A stretch of 64,000 nt of DNA, from positions 386-64,385 of the forward strand of contig DASXSC010000093.1 of the NCBI GenBank assembly GCA_036506215.1. The letters are read 5' to 3'. Shown here in pieces: positions 10,030 through 19,848 of this stretch; position 1 is the stretch's first letter, and each line of letters opens with the position of its first letter. Origin of the DNA: Pyrinomonadaceae bacterium (GTDB taxonomy: Bacteria > Acidobacteriota > Blastocatellia > Pyrinomonadales > Pyrinomonadaceae). Both the position numbers and the translations under genes were made by a program. Below the pieces are notes generated by a model. It was not told the DNA's origin. It saw nothing but the letters and a program-made list of their open reading frames with translations, and did no database searches.

Positions 10030-10893
10030 TTAGGTGTTCACGAATCCGAAAACATCCTGATGATTGTCCCAGCCGCGCTCTTTGAAAAAGACTTCTCGCA
10101 AACCTCCCAGGTCGCGAACGAGCTCTCGGATCCATTCGGGAGAAGTCAGCGAAACGCCGTAGTCTCTCTCGCCCGGATAATCCGCAAACGCATAACCAGT
10201 TTTTGGGTAGTCAACGCCAATCCTGCGGATCTGTTCCGCGTCCAGTCCATAATCAAAATCTTGCGTGGGGATTCGGCGCTGCACAAAGTCACCGTGAGTC
10301 GTGAAGATCATGATGCCATCGGGCGCCAGATGGCGTTGAAAGAGCCTGAGCAGAGCGGTAATGCCAGACTCGTTTAGATGAGTAACGAGTGATCCACACC
10401 AGATCAAATCAAACTTCTGGCCAAGCGAAACTTCATCCAGGTTTAGCGAGGAGAACGCCGGTTGGGCGCCAAAGGTGCGCGCGCAAAACTCCACCTCCCC
10501 TGACGCCAACTCGCAAGCAGTAATCTCCGCATCGGGAAAGCGATGCACCAAAAATCTCAACACGCGCCCGCTTCCACACGGCAGATCGAGGATGCTCCGC
10601 ACTCCTTTCAAACCCGCTCGCTCCAGCGCCTCATCGATGCAACTGATCGCGGATAGTCCGACCTTGTAGTAATGCACGCCATCCTCGTTGTACATGCCAT
10701 GCCTGTAATAGATCCGGCTGCTCACCTGGTGGAGAAGTTCGCGTTCAGCTTCACTAAGTGAGGGATCGGCAAGAAGTCGCTTCTTATAGAGTAAAGGCCG
10801 CGGCGGGAGCGTATAAATCCAACGACGGACCGCACCCAAATAAGGCCAGAAAGGCCGAGGCACAATACGTTTCAATGCTTTGACGTGGTTCAT
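10030..10893 (-). CDS. Class I SAM-dependent methyltransferase
   Basis: SILDLPCGSGRV (motif I) and IWCGSLVTHL. Confidence 0.8.
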   Translation of the reverse strand: MNHVKALKRIVPRPFWPYLGAVRRWIYTLPPRPLLYKKRLLADPSLSEAERELLHQVSSRIYYRHGMYNEDGVHYYKVGLSAISCIDEALERAGLKGVRSILDLPCGSGRVLRFLVHRFPDAEITACELASGEVEFCARTFGAQPAFSSLNLDEVSLGQKFDLIWCGSLVTHLNESGITALLRLFQRHLAPDGIMIFTTHGDFVQRRIPTQDFDYGLDAEQIRRIGVDYPKTGYAFADYPGERDYGVSLTSPEWIRELVRDLGGLREVFFKERGWDNHQDVFGFVNT

Positions 10894-10944
10894 GCGCGGA
10901 TTCAGTTATTCGACTGGGAATGACGATAACAGGTCTTGAATCAG

Positions 10945-10980
10945 GAAAACAAAAGGCGGGGATTTGATTCCCCGCCTTTG
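10945..10980 (-). terminator. Rho-independent terminator downstream of the 1210-aa gene
   Basis: Minus-strand stem aaaggcgggga/tccccgccttt (10952-10962 / 10969-10979) followed by a TTTTGTTTT tract. Confidence 0.7.
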
Positions 10981-11014
10981 TCCGTAGAACGAAGTGTTTA
11001 GCAAGCCAATGGAC

Positions 11015-14000
11015 TTACTGGCCGAAGCGCCTGCGATACTCGATGCTAACAATGAACGACTTTACCATCTCGGCCTCAATGAAGTTTCCATTATGCTGAT
11101 TGAGCTTGGTGAGCCAGAAGTTATAGCCCACAAAGTTAGGATCAGGCTGTCCATCAAAACCAATGTCGTCAGGGTTGCGCCGCAGGTAACCGAAGTATTG
11201 CATCAAGACGAAGGCCTTGTTGAACTCACGATCCGAGAACACAGAGTTCTCGGCCACCTGTCGCACGGCTGACGCGCGGCCTGCCGTGTTGTTATTTGAC
11301 GACAGTTGGTTGACCAGCGCGTCGCGCTGTGCCGTGGTGAGCGAGCCGCCGGTGTTTGCGTTCAGCGTGTCCACGAAGTCTGTCGGGCTCATACCTATTG
11401 GGAAGCGCGCGAGAAATTCCGGTCGCTGCACCCAGCCCGCGAAGAACGCCTGCTTGTTAGTCTCTAACAGCACCTGCCAGGCGTTGTCCGGCGGGGGAGT
11501 AACAATGACGTTGCGAGCTACACGCTGCGTATCGGTCATCAACTGCTGGAAAGTGATCGGTACAGGCTTGCCCGGTAGGTCACCGAACGAAGCCTTATAA
11601 GTGCGGTAGACGAGATAGCCGGTTTCTTTGAACTCAATCGAGAGGAAGAAGGCTCCTGAGACGTTATCGCGCTTCAGTCGTCTGCAATCCTGATCTGTAC
11701 CGCAACTCTCGATCTGATTGATCCAGAATGCCAGACCCGGCGCATCCGGTTCGCGGTTTAGGAAGTCAGCATAATGTTGGGACACAAAGAACGGCGAGAA
11801 GTCAGCCGCACTTCCCGTAGGTAAAGTAGTGAAAGAAGCCGACACGTTCCACACTGGATTAGTGACTGAGCGATCGAGGGGAGTGAACGTCAGGCCTGTC
11901 TTTTGCGGCGTTACGGTATGCGTGCCCGTTGTCGAAATGAAGTTGAAGACGTACTTGCCCTGGGAGTCGGTAATGGCGGAGGCCGACTGTTTACCGGAGA
12001 GAGTAAGCGTGACACCAGCGATACCATTCCCGGCAATATCAACAACGCGCCCACTTATCTGAACAGAAGTGCGTGTTTCATCGTCGTTCAGGATGCCATT
12101 CGCGTCGCGATCGATGGCGAATAGAGGGCCTTCGCCTGGGGGTACACCCATGAAGGTCAATTCCGCACCGGCAGTCACGCCGTTGATGAGCGTTTGCGAA
12201 GTGACAGGTGCTTCAGAGAGGCTATCCGGCTGGAACAGTCCATTGGACAGACGGAGGAAGCTGCGCGGGACGCCCCCGTAGATTCCTCTCACGATAAGGT
12301 CGCAGTTGCCTACCTGCGCCTCCGGGATGAGGACGTTGTTGATTCGATTCGTCACATTAAATGACGACTTGTTAGTGGCGTCCACAGTTACCATTAAGCC
12401 GACCGCTGGCGCTGTGCCGGTGTCAAACTTCAACAACATTTGTTCGATGTCGTGACGCCAACCGTCAGCCGTCGCCTCGCTTCCCGCTTGACCAAAGTTA
12501 AACTGCGGCGCCTTTTGAAAATTGAAAAGTGTGTCAAACGAACCATCACGCGAAAATCCGAAACCGGTAATCTGCTCACCCGGCGCCTTGTTCAATCCGA
12601 CCTTCTGGTAAAGCCCACGGAATGGTGCCACTTTCACCGACTGCGACTCTTGAATGTTCGCAGCCGGAGTAATTTTATTGTCCGACCCAACCTTAAAGTT
12701 GGTTACCAAATGGCATTCGCTGCAATTGATCGTCCCGCTTGGCCCGGGAGGACCAAATAATTTGTTTGTGCTAAAGAAGCCGAAGCCACCCAGGAATTCG
12801 TTAGGGGTGCGCCGCTGCGGATGGTTTGGATTTGGTGGGTATACGAGAGATTGAACGAACGCCTTGAAGGAGCCCATCTCTTCATTGCTTAGTAAGCGCG
12901 GCCCTCCCAGCAGCGATACGAATGCCGGGTTGAAGTTCTCTAATCCGGCACGATCGCCTCGCCAGTGAAACGGCTCATTGCCAATGATGCCGCGCAGACT
13001 CTGCGTCATCATCGGTCCCTTCATCGGGTGCAACGTGTCCGAGCCATTGACATTCGGCGGCAGAAAGGTCGTCACGGGATCAACCGATCCCTGGGGGTTG
13101 CCGAGGTCCCAGGCTACTCCGTCCCGGTGACCGTTCAAATGGCAACTCGCGCAAGACACTGTGCCATGAGCCGAGAAGCTCGTCGCGTCGTAAAGAAAGC
13201 GACGCCCGTCGCGAACGGAAGCAGGCTCCGGGTTGAAGCCGATACTCAGCTGCGACAACACCAACTTCGTACCGGTATCCACTACACTTAAGGTCTGGTC
13301 GAAACGGTTGAGCACGTATAGTCGCGATCGCGCTTCGTCGAGCGCGAGACCGGTCGGCCCTTGTCCTACGCCGATGCGCCCCGTCACAACGCCTGCCGAA
13401 GACAATACGCCCACTCGTGCCGAGCTGGTCGCTGCCACATAAACGGTGCCGTCGGATTGGCGCACGATATCCGCCGGTAAAGCCAGGCTTTGTCCGCGTT
13501 CGGCATCAGAGCCGGGACTGCCGAAGTCAACGTGCGGGTTCAGATCTGATTTGCCTAAAAGTGTGGGTGTGGCAGCGCTCGCGTTGAGTATGGAGACGCG
13601 GCTGGCCTGGAATCTTCCGCGGATGTTCGGTTCGAAGCGCACGTGGTTGATGTCTTCGAGATTAGCGACGAAGAGTTGTTGCGTCGAAGCGTCAAAGGCC
13701 ATGTTGCCAATGTGCGTTCCTACGTCGCGAACGCGCGCGCTTACCACAGCCGACAGCCCCGGGCCCGACGCATTAAGGACGACTACGTCAGAATCGGCTA
13801 GCGTGTAGGGGATCTGTGAAGTCCAGGATCTATTTATCTCATCTTTCCAGTTAGAGCCGTCCCACTTGACGATAAGGCTTGTGTTGGGATTCTCAGGTAA
13901 TCCCGGCGCCAATGGTGGGTTTGGGGGCGGCAATCCGCCATTCGCTCTGACGATGCTCTCCGGAACTATAGTAGTCTGGTTGCCCGACTCGAATACCGAG

Positions 14001-14647
14001 ACGAAGACTCGCGAGCCGTCGGCGTTGCGCGCCAGCGCGCGAGGCTGTTTGCCAATCGCCTCAACGGTCGTCGGAGTCACGGTGGGGTTGTTCGGGTCGA
14101 ATACCTTGACGACGCCGCTCATGCCAGTTATCTGACTAAAACCGACAATCTGGAGCCCACCGCCCGCAACGCAGACGAAGGCTTTGTTATTGCCTGGTCC
14201 TGCGAAGAGCACATCTGTGGGTTCATCGCCGACGTCAAGCGTGCGAACGACATTCCCGGTCGTCAAGTCCACGATGCTCACGGAATCCGAGAGCCAGTTG
14301 ACAACCCACGCCTCCCGGTCGTTGCGGGCCGCTACGCTCACCGGTTCGAATCCCACTGGAATCTCCGCTGTGAGCACTGGCGAGCCAGACACCAACTGGA
14401 AGACTGAAAGGGTAGCGTTCGGGGTGTTGACGGCGAGCAATCGCGTACCGTCAGGTGTCAACGCGAGTGGGTGAATCTGGGGTGCTTCAAAGGCTCGGAA
14501 GGACGGAGGCGGCGCCTGTGCTAATCCCACCTGGGTCCAACTACTTCCGACAAGCCAAAAGATGACAAACGAAAGCATGACGGCTGTGGCGAGCAGCGGT
14601 CGCCGATATTTAAAAGGGACGTAAGGTGGCATAAATACTCCTCGCAT
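11015..14647 (-). CDS. Secreted multidomain protein: YVTN-type beta-propeller repeats + di-haem cytochrome c peroxidase-like module + carboxypeptidase-regulatory-like domain + DUF4214
   Basis: N-terminal TM/signal segment. Two CxxCH motifs (CASCH at nt 13139-13153, CSECH at nt 12710-12724) with PFHWRGDRAGLENF between them. GRVVDIAGNGIAGVTLTLSG...DSQGKYVF is CarboxypepD_reg-like. The C-terminal FVSQHYADFLNREPDAPGLAFW is DUF4214-like. Confidence 0.75.
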   Translation of the reverse strand: MRGVFMPPYVPFKYRRPLLATAVMLSFVIFWLVGSSWTQVGLAQAPPPSFRAFEAPQIHPLALTPDGTRLLAVNTPNATLSVFQLVSGSPVLTAEIPVGFEPVSVAARNDREAWVVNWLSDSVSIVDLTTGNVVRTLDVGDEPTDVLFAGPGNNKAFVCVAGGGLQIVGFSQITGMSGVVKVFDPNNPTVTPTTVEAIGKQPRALARNADGSRVFVSVFESGNQTTIVPESIVRANGGLPPPNPPLAPGLPENPNTSLIVKWDGSNWKDEINRSWTSQIPYTLADSDVVVLNASGPGLSAVVSARVRDVGTHIGNMAFDASTQQLFVANLEDINHVRFEPNIRGRFQASRVSILNASAATPTLLGKSDLNPHVDFGSPGSDAERGQSLALPADIVRQSDGTVYVAATSSARVGVLSSAGVVTGRIGVGQGPTGLALDEARSRLYVLNRFDQTLSVVDTGTKLVLSQLSIGFNPEPASVRDGRRFLYDATSFSAHGTVSCASCHLNGHRDGVAWDLGNPQGSVDPVTTFLPPNVNGSDTLHPMKGPMMTQSLRGIIGNEPFHWRGDRAGLENFNPAFVSLLGGPRLLSNEEMGSFKAFVQSLVYPPNPNHPQRRTPNEFLGGFGFFSTNKLFGPPGPSGTINCSECHLVTNFKVGSDNKITPAANIQESQSVKVAPFRGLYQKVGLNKAPGEQITGFGFSRDGSFDTLFNFQKAPQFNFGQAGSEATADGWRHDIEQMLLKFDTGTAPAVGLMVTVDATNKSSFNVTNRINNVLIPEAQVGNCDLIVRGIYGGVPRSFLRLSNGLFQPDSLSEAPVTSQTLINGVTAGAELTFMGVPPGEGPLFAIDRDANGILNDDETRTSVQISGRVVDIAGNGIAGVTLTLSGKQSASAITDSQGKYVFNFISTTGTHTVTPQKTGLTFTPLDRSVTNPVWNVSASFTTLPTGSAADFSPFFVSQHYADFLNREPDAPGLAFWINQIESCGTDQDCRRLKRDNVSGAFFLSIEFKETGYLVYRTYKASFGDLPGKPVPITFQQLMTDTQRVARNVIVTPPPDNAWQVLLETNKQAFFAGWVQRPEFLARFPIGMSPTDFVDTLNANTGGSLTTAQRDALVNQLSSNNNTAGRASAVRQVAENSVFSDREFNKAFVLMQYFGYLRRNPDDIGFDGQPDPNFVGYNFWLTKLNQHNGNFIEAEMVKSFIVSIEYRRRFGQ

Positions 14648-15042
14648 GTCGGGCGTCCCGCAAGCATGAGATGAGATCGGAATCAGGCGCGGCGATGAGC
14701 GAAGCCAGCTAGGCTATAAGTTCCACGGGCTGTAGAGCGTGTTCATCTTAACTAGGCCGGCAAGGACTATGCGCTTCGATTCCTCAGGACGCGTCAGCTA
14801 ATCATCGGGGACGCTAAAAATTCACGGATGCCCAGGCTGGGCTCAATCTTGGGCCGCAATATACACTACGGAGAGGTCCAAAGTCTCGCTTTTTCCGTCA
14901 ATCATTTCAAGCTTTTCGATATTAGTGCCAAACGCTCCGATGACGCAGAGTAGGCTCGGTTGTGGCCCACTAGCTTGAGCACTTGAACGCTCATCCGCAG
15001 GGCTTTGCAAAAAAAGTAATCGATTAGTCCGAGTATGCTTCT

Positions 15043-15163
15043 TGCAGAACCGCGAGTGGTAGCGAGCGGATGCAACCATTCAACGATCAGTCGGCAATTA
15101 TTAAAAGATTTTTCTGACTGATGTTGCGTGTAGCATCCGCTCGCTAACGCTTGCGGTTCTGCA
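15043..15163. repeat. Hairpin made of two inverted copies of the family-B 'gcagaaccg.g.g.ggtagcg..cggatgc' unit
   Basis: Arms 15043-15074 and 15131-15163, with an inner stem atcagtc/gactgat. The unit matches the 53-bp units at 60028-60458. Confidence 0.65.
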
Positions 15164-15348
15164 ACAGCCGATTCAGCCCGAAGACCGTTCCTGTGCAATG
15201 CACATCCGTAGTTTCGATTGATGATCTTCGGATTGTGCGACCTTCAACAGGGCGGATCACCAAGCGTGCGTCGAACCGACTCATGATCTTGCCGACGCCT
15301 GCATTAATCAGTGCGCGGTTTGAGAGTCGCGAGTTAAGATAGAACTTG

Positions 15349-16278
15349 ATGGATTTACAAACCAGCAAAGGCGCAAACCGCGAGCTTCCCCAGCCTACAT
15401 CCGCGCACAGGGTTCGGAGATTCGAATCAGACGCTAACAATTCACTGATTACCCCTAACCCCGAAAGACACACCCTGATCAAATCAGAGGAAGCCGGCGT
15501 ACAACTCAATTTGTCGGAACTGTGGTATTACCGCGAGTTGCTTTACTTTCTCACGCTCCGGGACGTGAAGGTACGTTACAAGCAGACGCTAATGGGACTG
15601 GCGTGGGTCATCATCCAGCCGCTGGCGACCATGCTCATCTTCACGTTGGTGTTCAATCGTTTCGTGCGGCTCGATGCAGGCTCGCTGCCATATCCGCTGT
15701 TCGCACTTTCCGGCCTGCTACTCTGGCTCTTCTTCGCCAATGCCGTCACCAACAGCACCAACAGTTTAGTCAGCAATGCAAACCTGATTACGAAAGTCTA
15801 CTTTCCGCGCATGTTCATCCCGGCGGCTTCAGTGGGCGCCGGCCTGGTAGATCTGGGCGTGGCTTTCTTGTTGCTGATTGTGATGTCTTTCTACTATGGC
15901 GTGACGTTGACTTTGAACATCCTGTTCTTGCCTCTAATCATTTTGATGATGACCGTGCTCGCGCTTGGAGTGGGCTTGCTTTCGGCAGCCCTCACCGTCA
16001 AATACCGCGACCTGCGCCATGCGCTTCCGTTCATCATTCAACTTTGGATGTTTGCCTCGCCGGTGATTTACCCGACGAGCATTGTGCCCGCAAGGTGGAA
16101 ATGGCTGATCATGATTAATCCGGTAGCGGGCATCATCGAAGGATTCCGTGCTTCGCTCACGGGACGCCCTTTCGACTGGTTGCATTTGTCCGTTTCAGCC
16201 GCCATAACTTTGGCGCTGCTCGTCTTTTCTGTCTATGTGTTCCGGCGCTTCGAAAATACTTTTGCCGATGTTGTTTGA
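15349..16278 (+). CDS. wzm: ABC-2 type polysaccharide/O-antigen export permease
   Basis: LSELWYYRELLYFLTLRDVKVRYKQT is the hallmark Wzm/TagG N-terminus; six hydrophobic helices. The ORF opens at TTG 15346 and the first ATG is 15349. Confidence 0.85.
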   Translation: MDLQTSKGANRELPQPTSAHRVRRFESDANNSLITPNPERHTLIKSEEAGVQLNLSELWYYRELLYFLTLRDVKVRYKQTLMGLAWVIIQPLATMLIFTLVFNRFVRLDAGSLPYPLFALSGLLLWLFFANAVTNSTNSLVSNANLITKVYFPRMFIPAASVGAGLVDLGVAFLLLIVMSFYYGVTLTLNILFLPLIILMMTVLALGVGLLSAALTVKYRDLRHALPFIIQLWMFASPVIYPTSIVPARWKWLIMINPVAGIIEGFRASLTGRPFDWLHLSVSAAITLALLVFSVYVFRRFENTFADVV

Positions 16279-16281
16279 GTG

Positions 16282-17577
16282 ATGAAGCCAGCGATCAAAA
16301 TCGAACATCTCAGCAAGCGCTACCGCATCGGTGGGCTGCACCCGGGTTACATGACTTTCCGGGAAATGATCGGCGGCGTCATGACTGCGCCGTTCAGAAA
16401 GCTCAAGGGTGGCAACGGTCATCAAACACTTTGGGCGCTCAGCGACATCAACCTGCAAATCGGACAGGGCGAACTCGTCGGCATCATCGGTCACAACGGC
16501 GCAGGCAAATCAACACTGCTGAAAATTCTTTCGCGAGTGACTAAACCCACCACTGGTGAGGTCGAACTTTTCGGACGAATCGGCAGCCTGCTCGAGGTCG
16601 GCACCGGGTTTCACCCCGACCTCACCGGACGCGAAAACATTTTCCTGAGTGGCGCCATCCTGGGGATGCGGCGTGTCGAGATCGAGCGAAAGTTTGACGA
16701 GATTGTAGCCTTTTCAGAGGTTGAGAAGTTCATTGAAACTTCCGTCAAGTGGTATTCATCCGGCATGTACGTCCGCCTTGCCTTTTCAGTCGCCGCTCAC
16801 CTTGAACCGGAGATTCTAATGATGGACGAGGTGCTGGCGGTGGGCGACGCTGCCTTTCAACAGAAGTGCCTCGATAAGCTCCACGATATTCGTCAACAAG
16901 GCCGCACTATACTTTTCGTGTCGCATGACATGGCTGCCATTACACGACTGTGCAAGCGCGTGGTATTGCTGGAAAAAGGCAAAATTGCCTGCGACGGCGC
17001 GCCACGCGAAGTTGTCGATCATTACCTGAGCTCGAGTCTGAAAACAGGCGCGTGGCGCGAATGGACGAATGCGGCCGAGGCGCCTGGCGATGAAGTTGTG
17101 CGTCTCCGGCGCGGACGGGTGCGGGATGAGGCCGGCGAGACGATCTCGGTTGTTGATATCCGAAAACCCTTCGGAATAGAGTTGACCTATGAAGTGCTGG
17201 AGGAAGGCCACGCGCTTGTGCCGGTGATTGAGTTTTACAACGAGGAAGGCACCGAACTCTTCAGCACTCACGACACGCAAGTGGAGTGGCGTCGTCAAAC
17301 ACGCCCACGTGCAACCTACACCAGCACCGTCTGGATCCCCGGCAACCTGCTCGCTGAAGGAAGTCTAATTGGTCACGTTTCCATAATGTCTCACTTCCCC
17401 GCGACAGTCCTGCATGCTCACGAGCGAAATGCCGTCGCCTTTCAGGTTGTTGACAGCCCGGCGGGTGATTCTGCGCGAGGCGACTACATCGGTCCGATGC
17501 CTGGCCTGATACGTCCCTTGCTAAGTTGGACCACTGAGATGGCGGCCGTCAAGACAGGCCTTCTAAAGCCAGACTAA
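16282..17577 (+). CDS. wzt: Polysaccharide ABC exporter ATP-binding protein with ~170-aa C-terminal extension
   Basis: Walker A GHNGAGKST, signature YSSGMYVRLAF and Walker B ILMMDEVLAVGD, plus an extra C-terminal domain (aa ~260-432). The wzm stop TGA (16276-78) is followed by GTG ATG. Confidence 0.85.
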   Translation: MKPAIKIEHLSKRYRIGGLHPGYMTFREMIGGVMTAPFRKLKGGNGHQTLWALSDINLQIGQGELVGIIGHNGAGKSTLLKILSRVTKPTTGEVELFGRIGSLLEVGTGFHPDLTGRENIFLSGAILGMRRVEIERKFDEIVAFSEVEKFIETSVKWYSSGMYVRLAFSVAAHLEPEILMMDEVLAVGDAAFQQKCLDKLHDIRQQGRTILFVSHDMAAITRLCKRVVLLEKGKIACDGAPREVVDHYLSSSLKTGAWREWTNAAEAPGDEVVRLRRGRVRDEAGETISVVDIRKPFGIELTYEVLEEGHALVPVIEFYNEEGTELFSTHDTQVEWRRQTRPRATYTSTVWIPGNLLAEGSLIGHVSIMSHFPATVLHAHERNAVAFQVVDSPAGDSARGDYIGPMPGLIRPLLSWTTEMAAVKTGLLKPD

Positions 17578-17584
17578 CAAACCG

Positions 17585-19747
17585 TTGCTCCGTCTAAAGA
17601 AAAGTCTGCAAAACAATCTATCACTGTCCTCCAAGCTTTTCTTGCGGGAAGTATTTTCAACCGTCGGCAGAATTGTTGCTCGACTCGCGGCTCCCGGCCA
17701 TTTCGTGAAGCGAGTCGTTGGCGCTGCCTCAGGTCACATGGTGACTCCTTTTCGAAGGCACGAGTCGCACCGTTACGATCTGCAACTTCACAGACTGGAA
17801 GCGTCTGATTTTGATCTGGACGCGAAGCGGCTTGCTGAAAAGAAACTCGAGCATGACCAGGCCAGCTCCATTCAGACCTCAATTATCATGCCAGTCTTCA
17901 ATAAGGCAGAGTTCACTTTTCAATGCCTAAGGTCGATTATCCACGTGGTCGATTTTAGTCGGACCGAAGTGATAATTGTGGACAACGCTTCGACGGACAA
18001 CACCGAGCAAGTTCTTTCTCATTTTGATGATCTCGTTCGTGTCATAACCAACAAACGTAATTGTGGCTTCGTGGATGCTTGCAACCAGGGGGCGGCGGCC
18101 GCGCAAGGAAAGTATCTCGTTTTTTTGAATAACGATACGACCGTATTGCCAGGCTGGCTCGACTATCTCGTTAAAACAGTTGAAGACAATCCTTCGGCGG
18201 GCGCGGTCGGTTCAATGTTTCTATATCCCGATGGCTCGATTCAGGAAGCGGGCGCCATAGTTTGGAAAAACGGCGAAGCGGACCATTATGGCTGGGGAGA
18301 ATCGCCCGATGACAAACGGTTCAACTTCGCGCGGGAGGTCGATTACTGTTCCGCGGCCTCGCTGATGGTAAGAAAAGAGATCTTTCAAAGCCTCGGAGGG
18401 TTCGATCGCCGTTTTGTGCCCGCCTATTACGAAGACGTCGATCTTTGTTTTGGCGTGAGATTGCTGGGCTACAAGGTAGTTTATCAACCGCTGTCTCGGC
18501 TGGTGCATTACGAAGGAGCTACCGCGGGTGTCAATCCCAAAATCGGCGTAAAGCGATTTCAGATCGTTAACCGGGAAAAGTTTGTCGAGAAATGGCGCGA
18601 CGTCCTGGAGCGCGAACATCATGAAAAGAACCTTAAGCGCCTCGAGGAAGCGAGTGACCGAAACTGCGCGCGGCCCCGAATCATCGTGTTCGACGAACGT
18701 GTTCCCAGCCCGGACAGAGACGCCGGCAGCTTAAGAATGTTCATGATCCTTAAGACTCTCGTGCGGTGGTCCCATGTGATCTTCGTGCCATTTAACCGGC
18801 CTCAGAGTATCGACTATGAACGCGCGCTTTGGCAGCAAGGTATCGAAACAGCCGACGCCATCGACTATCGCCGCCTGCTTAAGAACAAAAATGTTAAGGC
18901 TGCGATCGTCAGCCGGCCCAGCATGGCTGGAGCTTTCATCCGTCGCATCCGTCGCGTTAATCGAGAAATTCGTGTTGTTTTTGATATGGTCGATACCCAT
19001 TTTCTCAGGTTCCAACGCGAGCACGAGATATCAGGCGATGCGGCAGCCCTCCGAAAGGCGGTGCGCTATCGAAAACTCGAAAGAAGGCTGGCACAGGCCA
19101 GCGACCTCGTTTGGTGTGCTTCGCTCGAAGACAAGCAGGTCATGGACCGCGAGGTAACAAACACAAAAATTGAAATTATTCCCACGATCCATGAACTGCG
19201 CGATTGCGGCAAGCCGTTTGAAGAGCGACAGGGTTTACTCTTCATCGGCAACCTCGCCCATCGACCCAACGAAGACGCCGTTCTGTTCTTTATGCGTGAA
19301 GTCTATCCGCGTCTTCGGCAAAGCCTGCCCAACGTCAGGCTGGATATCATTGGCGATAATCGCTCGCCGGCTATCGCGGCTTACAACTCCGAGGAGGTGC
19401 GAATATGGGGGTACGTTCCGGACGTCGAGCCTTACTTGCGAGATCGCCGCGTCTTTATCGCGCCGTTGCGGTTCGGCGCCGGTATCAAGGGCAAGGTTGG
19501 TGAAGCCATGTCTCGCGGCATTCCGGTGGTCACAACCTCGATCGGAGCGGAAGGGTTTGGACTAACGCACGGGCTCGACGTAATGATTGGAGATGATCCC
19601 GCATCCTTTGCAGTCGCGATCCAACAGCTGTATTCGCAGAAAGAACTATGGCAGCGAGTGGTCTACAACAGCCGCCTTCGGATCGAGAAGCACTTTACTC
19701 CGGAAGTGATTAGCGAGACGATAAACAACTCGCTCCTGGATTTATAA
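17585..19747 (+). CDS. Two-domain glycosyltransferase (GT2 N-terminal + GT-B/GT4-like C-terminal)
   Basis: IIMPVFNKAEFTFQCLRSI, IIVDNASTDNT and FLNNDT indicate GT2. C-terminal GAGIKGKVGEAMSRGIPVVTT indicates GT-B. Start is uncertain: TTG 17585 or ATG 17738. Confidence 0.75.
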   Translation: MLRLKKSLQNNLSLSSKLFLREVFSTVGRIVARLAAPGHFVKRVVGAASGHMVTPFRRHESHRYDLQLHRLEASDFDLDAKRLAEKKLEHDQASSIQTSIIMPVFNKAEFTFQCLRSIIHVVDFSRTEVIIVDNASTDNTEQVLSHFDDLVRVITNKRNCGFVDACNQGAAAAQGKYLVFLNNDTTVLPGWLDYLVKTVEDNPSAGAVGSMFLYPDGSIQEAGAIVWKNGEADHYGWGESPDDKRFNFAREVDYCSAASLMVRKEIFQSLGGFDRRFVPAYYEDVDLCFGVRLLGYKVVYQPLSRLVHYEGATAGVNPKIGVKRFQIVNREKFVEKWRDVLEREHHEKNLKRLEEASDRNCARPRIIVFDERVPSPDRDAGSLRMFMILKTLVRWSHVIFVPFNRPQSIDYERALWQQGIETADAIDYRRLLKNKNVKAAIVSRPSMAGAFIRRIRRVNREIRVVFDMVDTHFLRFQREHEISGDAAALRKAVRYRKLERRLAQASDLVWCASLEDKQVMDREVTNTKIEIIPTIHELRDCGKPFEERQGLLFIGNLAHRPNEDAVLFFMREVYPRLRQSLPNVRLDIIGDNRSPAIAAYNSEEVRIWGYVPDVEPYLRDRRVFIAPLRFGAGIKGKVGEAMSRGIPVVTTSIGAEGFGLTHGLDVMIGDDPASFAVAIQQLYSQKELWQRVVYNSRLRIEKHFTPEVISETINNSLLDL

Positions 19748-19848
19748 GGCAAACTGTTAGTTTGCGAACGCTTCCATAACCCTCAACCGGAGTGTCAACG
19801 AGTCGCCGCGAAATAACAGTTCGCGTTACAAGGTCTGGCGCAGGCCTA

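Noticed and set aside
15144-15509. 121-aa minus-strand ORF (and 14902..15198) as a possible decayed transposase or RAYT next to the REP-like hairpin
   Set aside because: The translation shows no HUH/Tyr motifs or other recognisable transposase signature. It also overlaps the wzm N-terminus. It is left as non-coding pending a BLASTX check.
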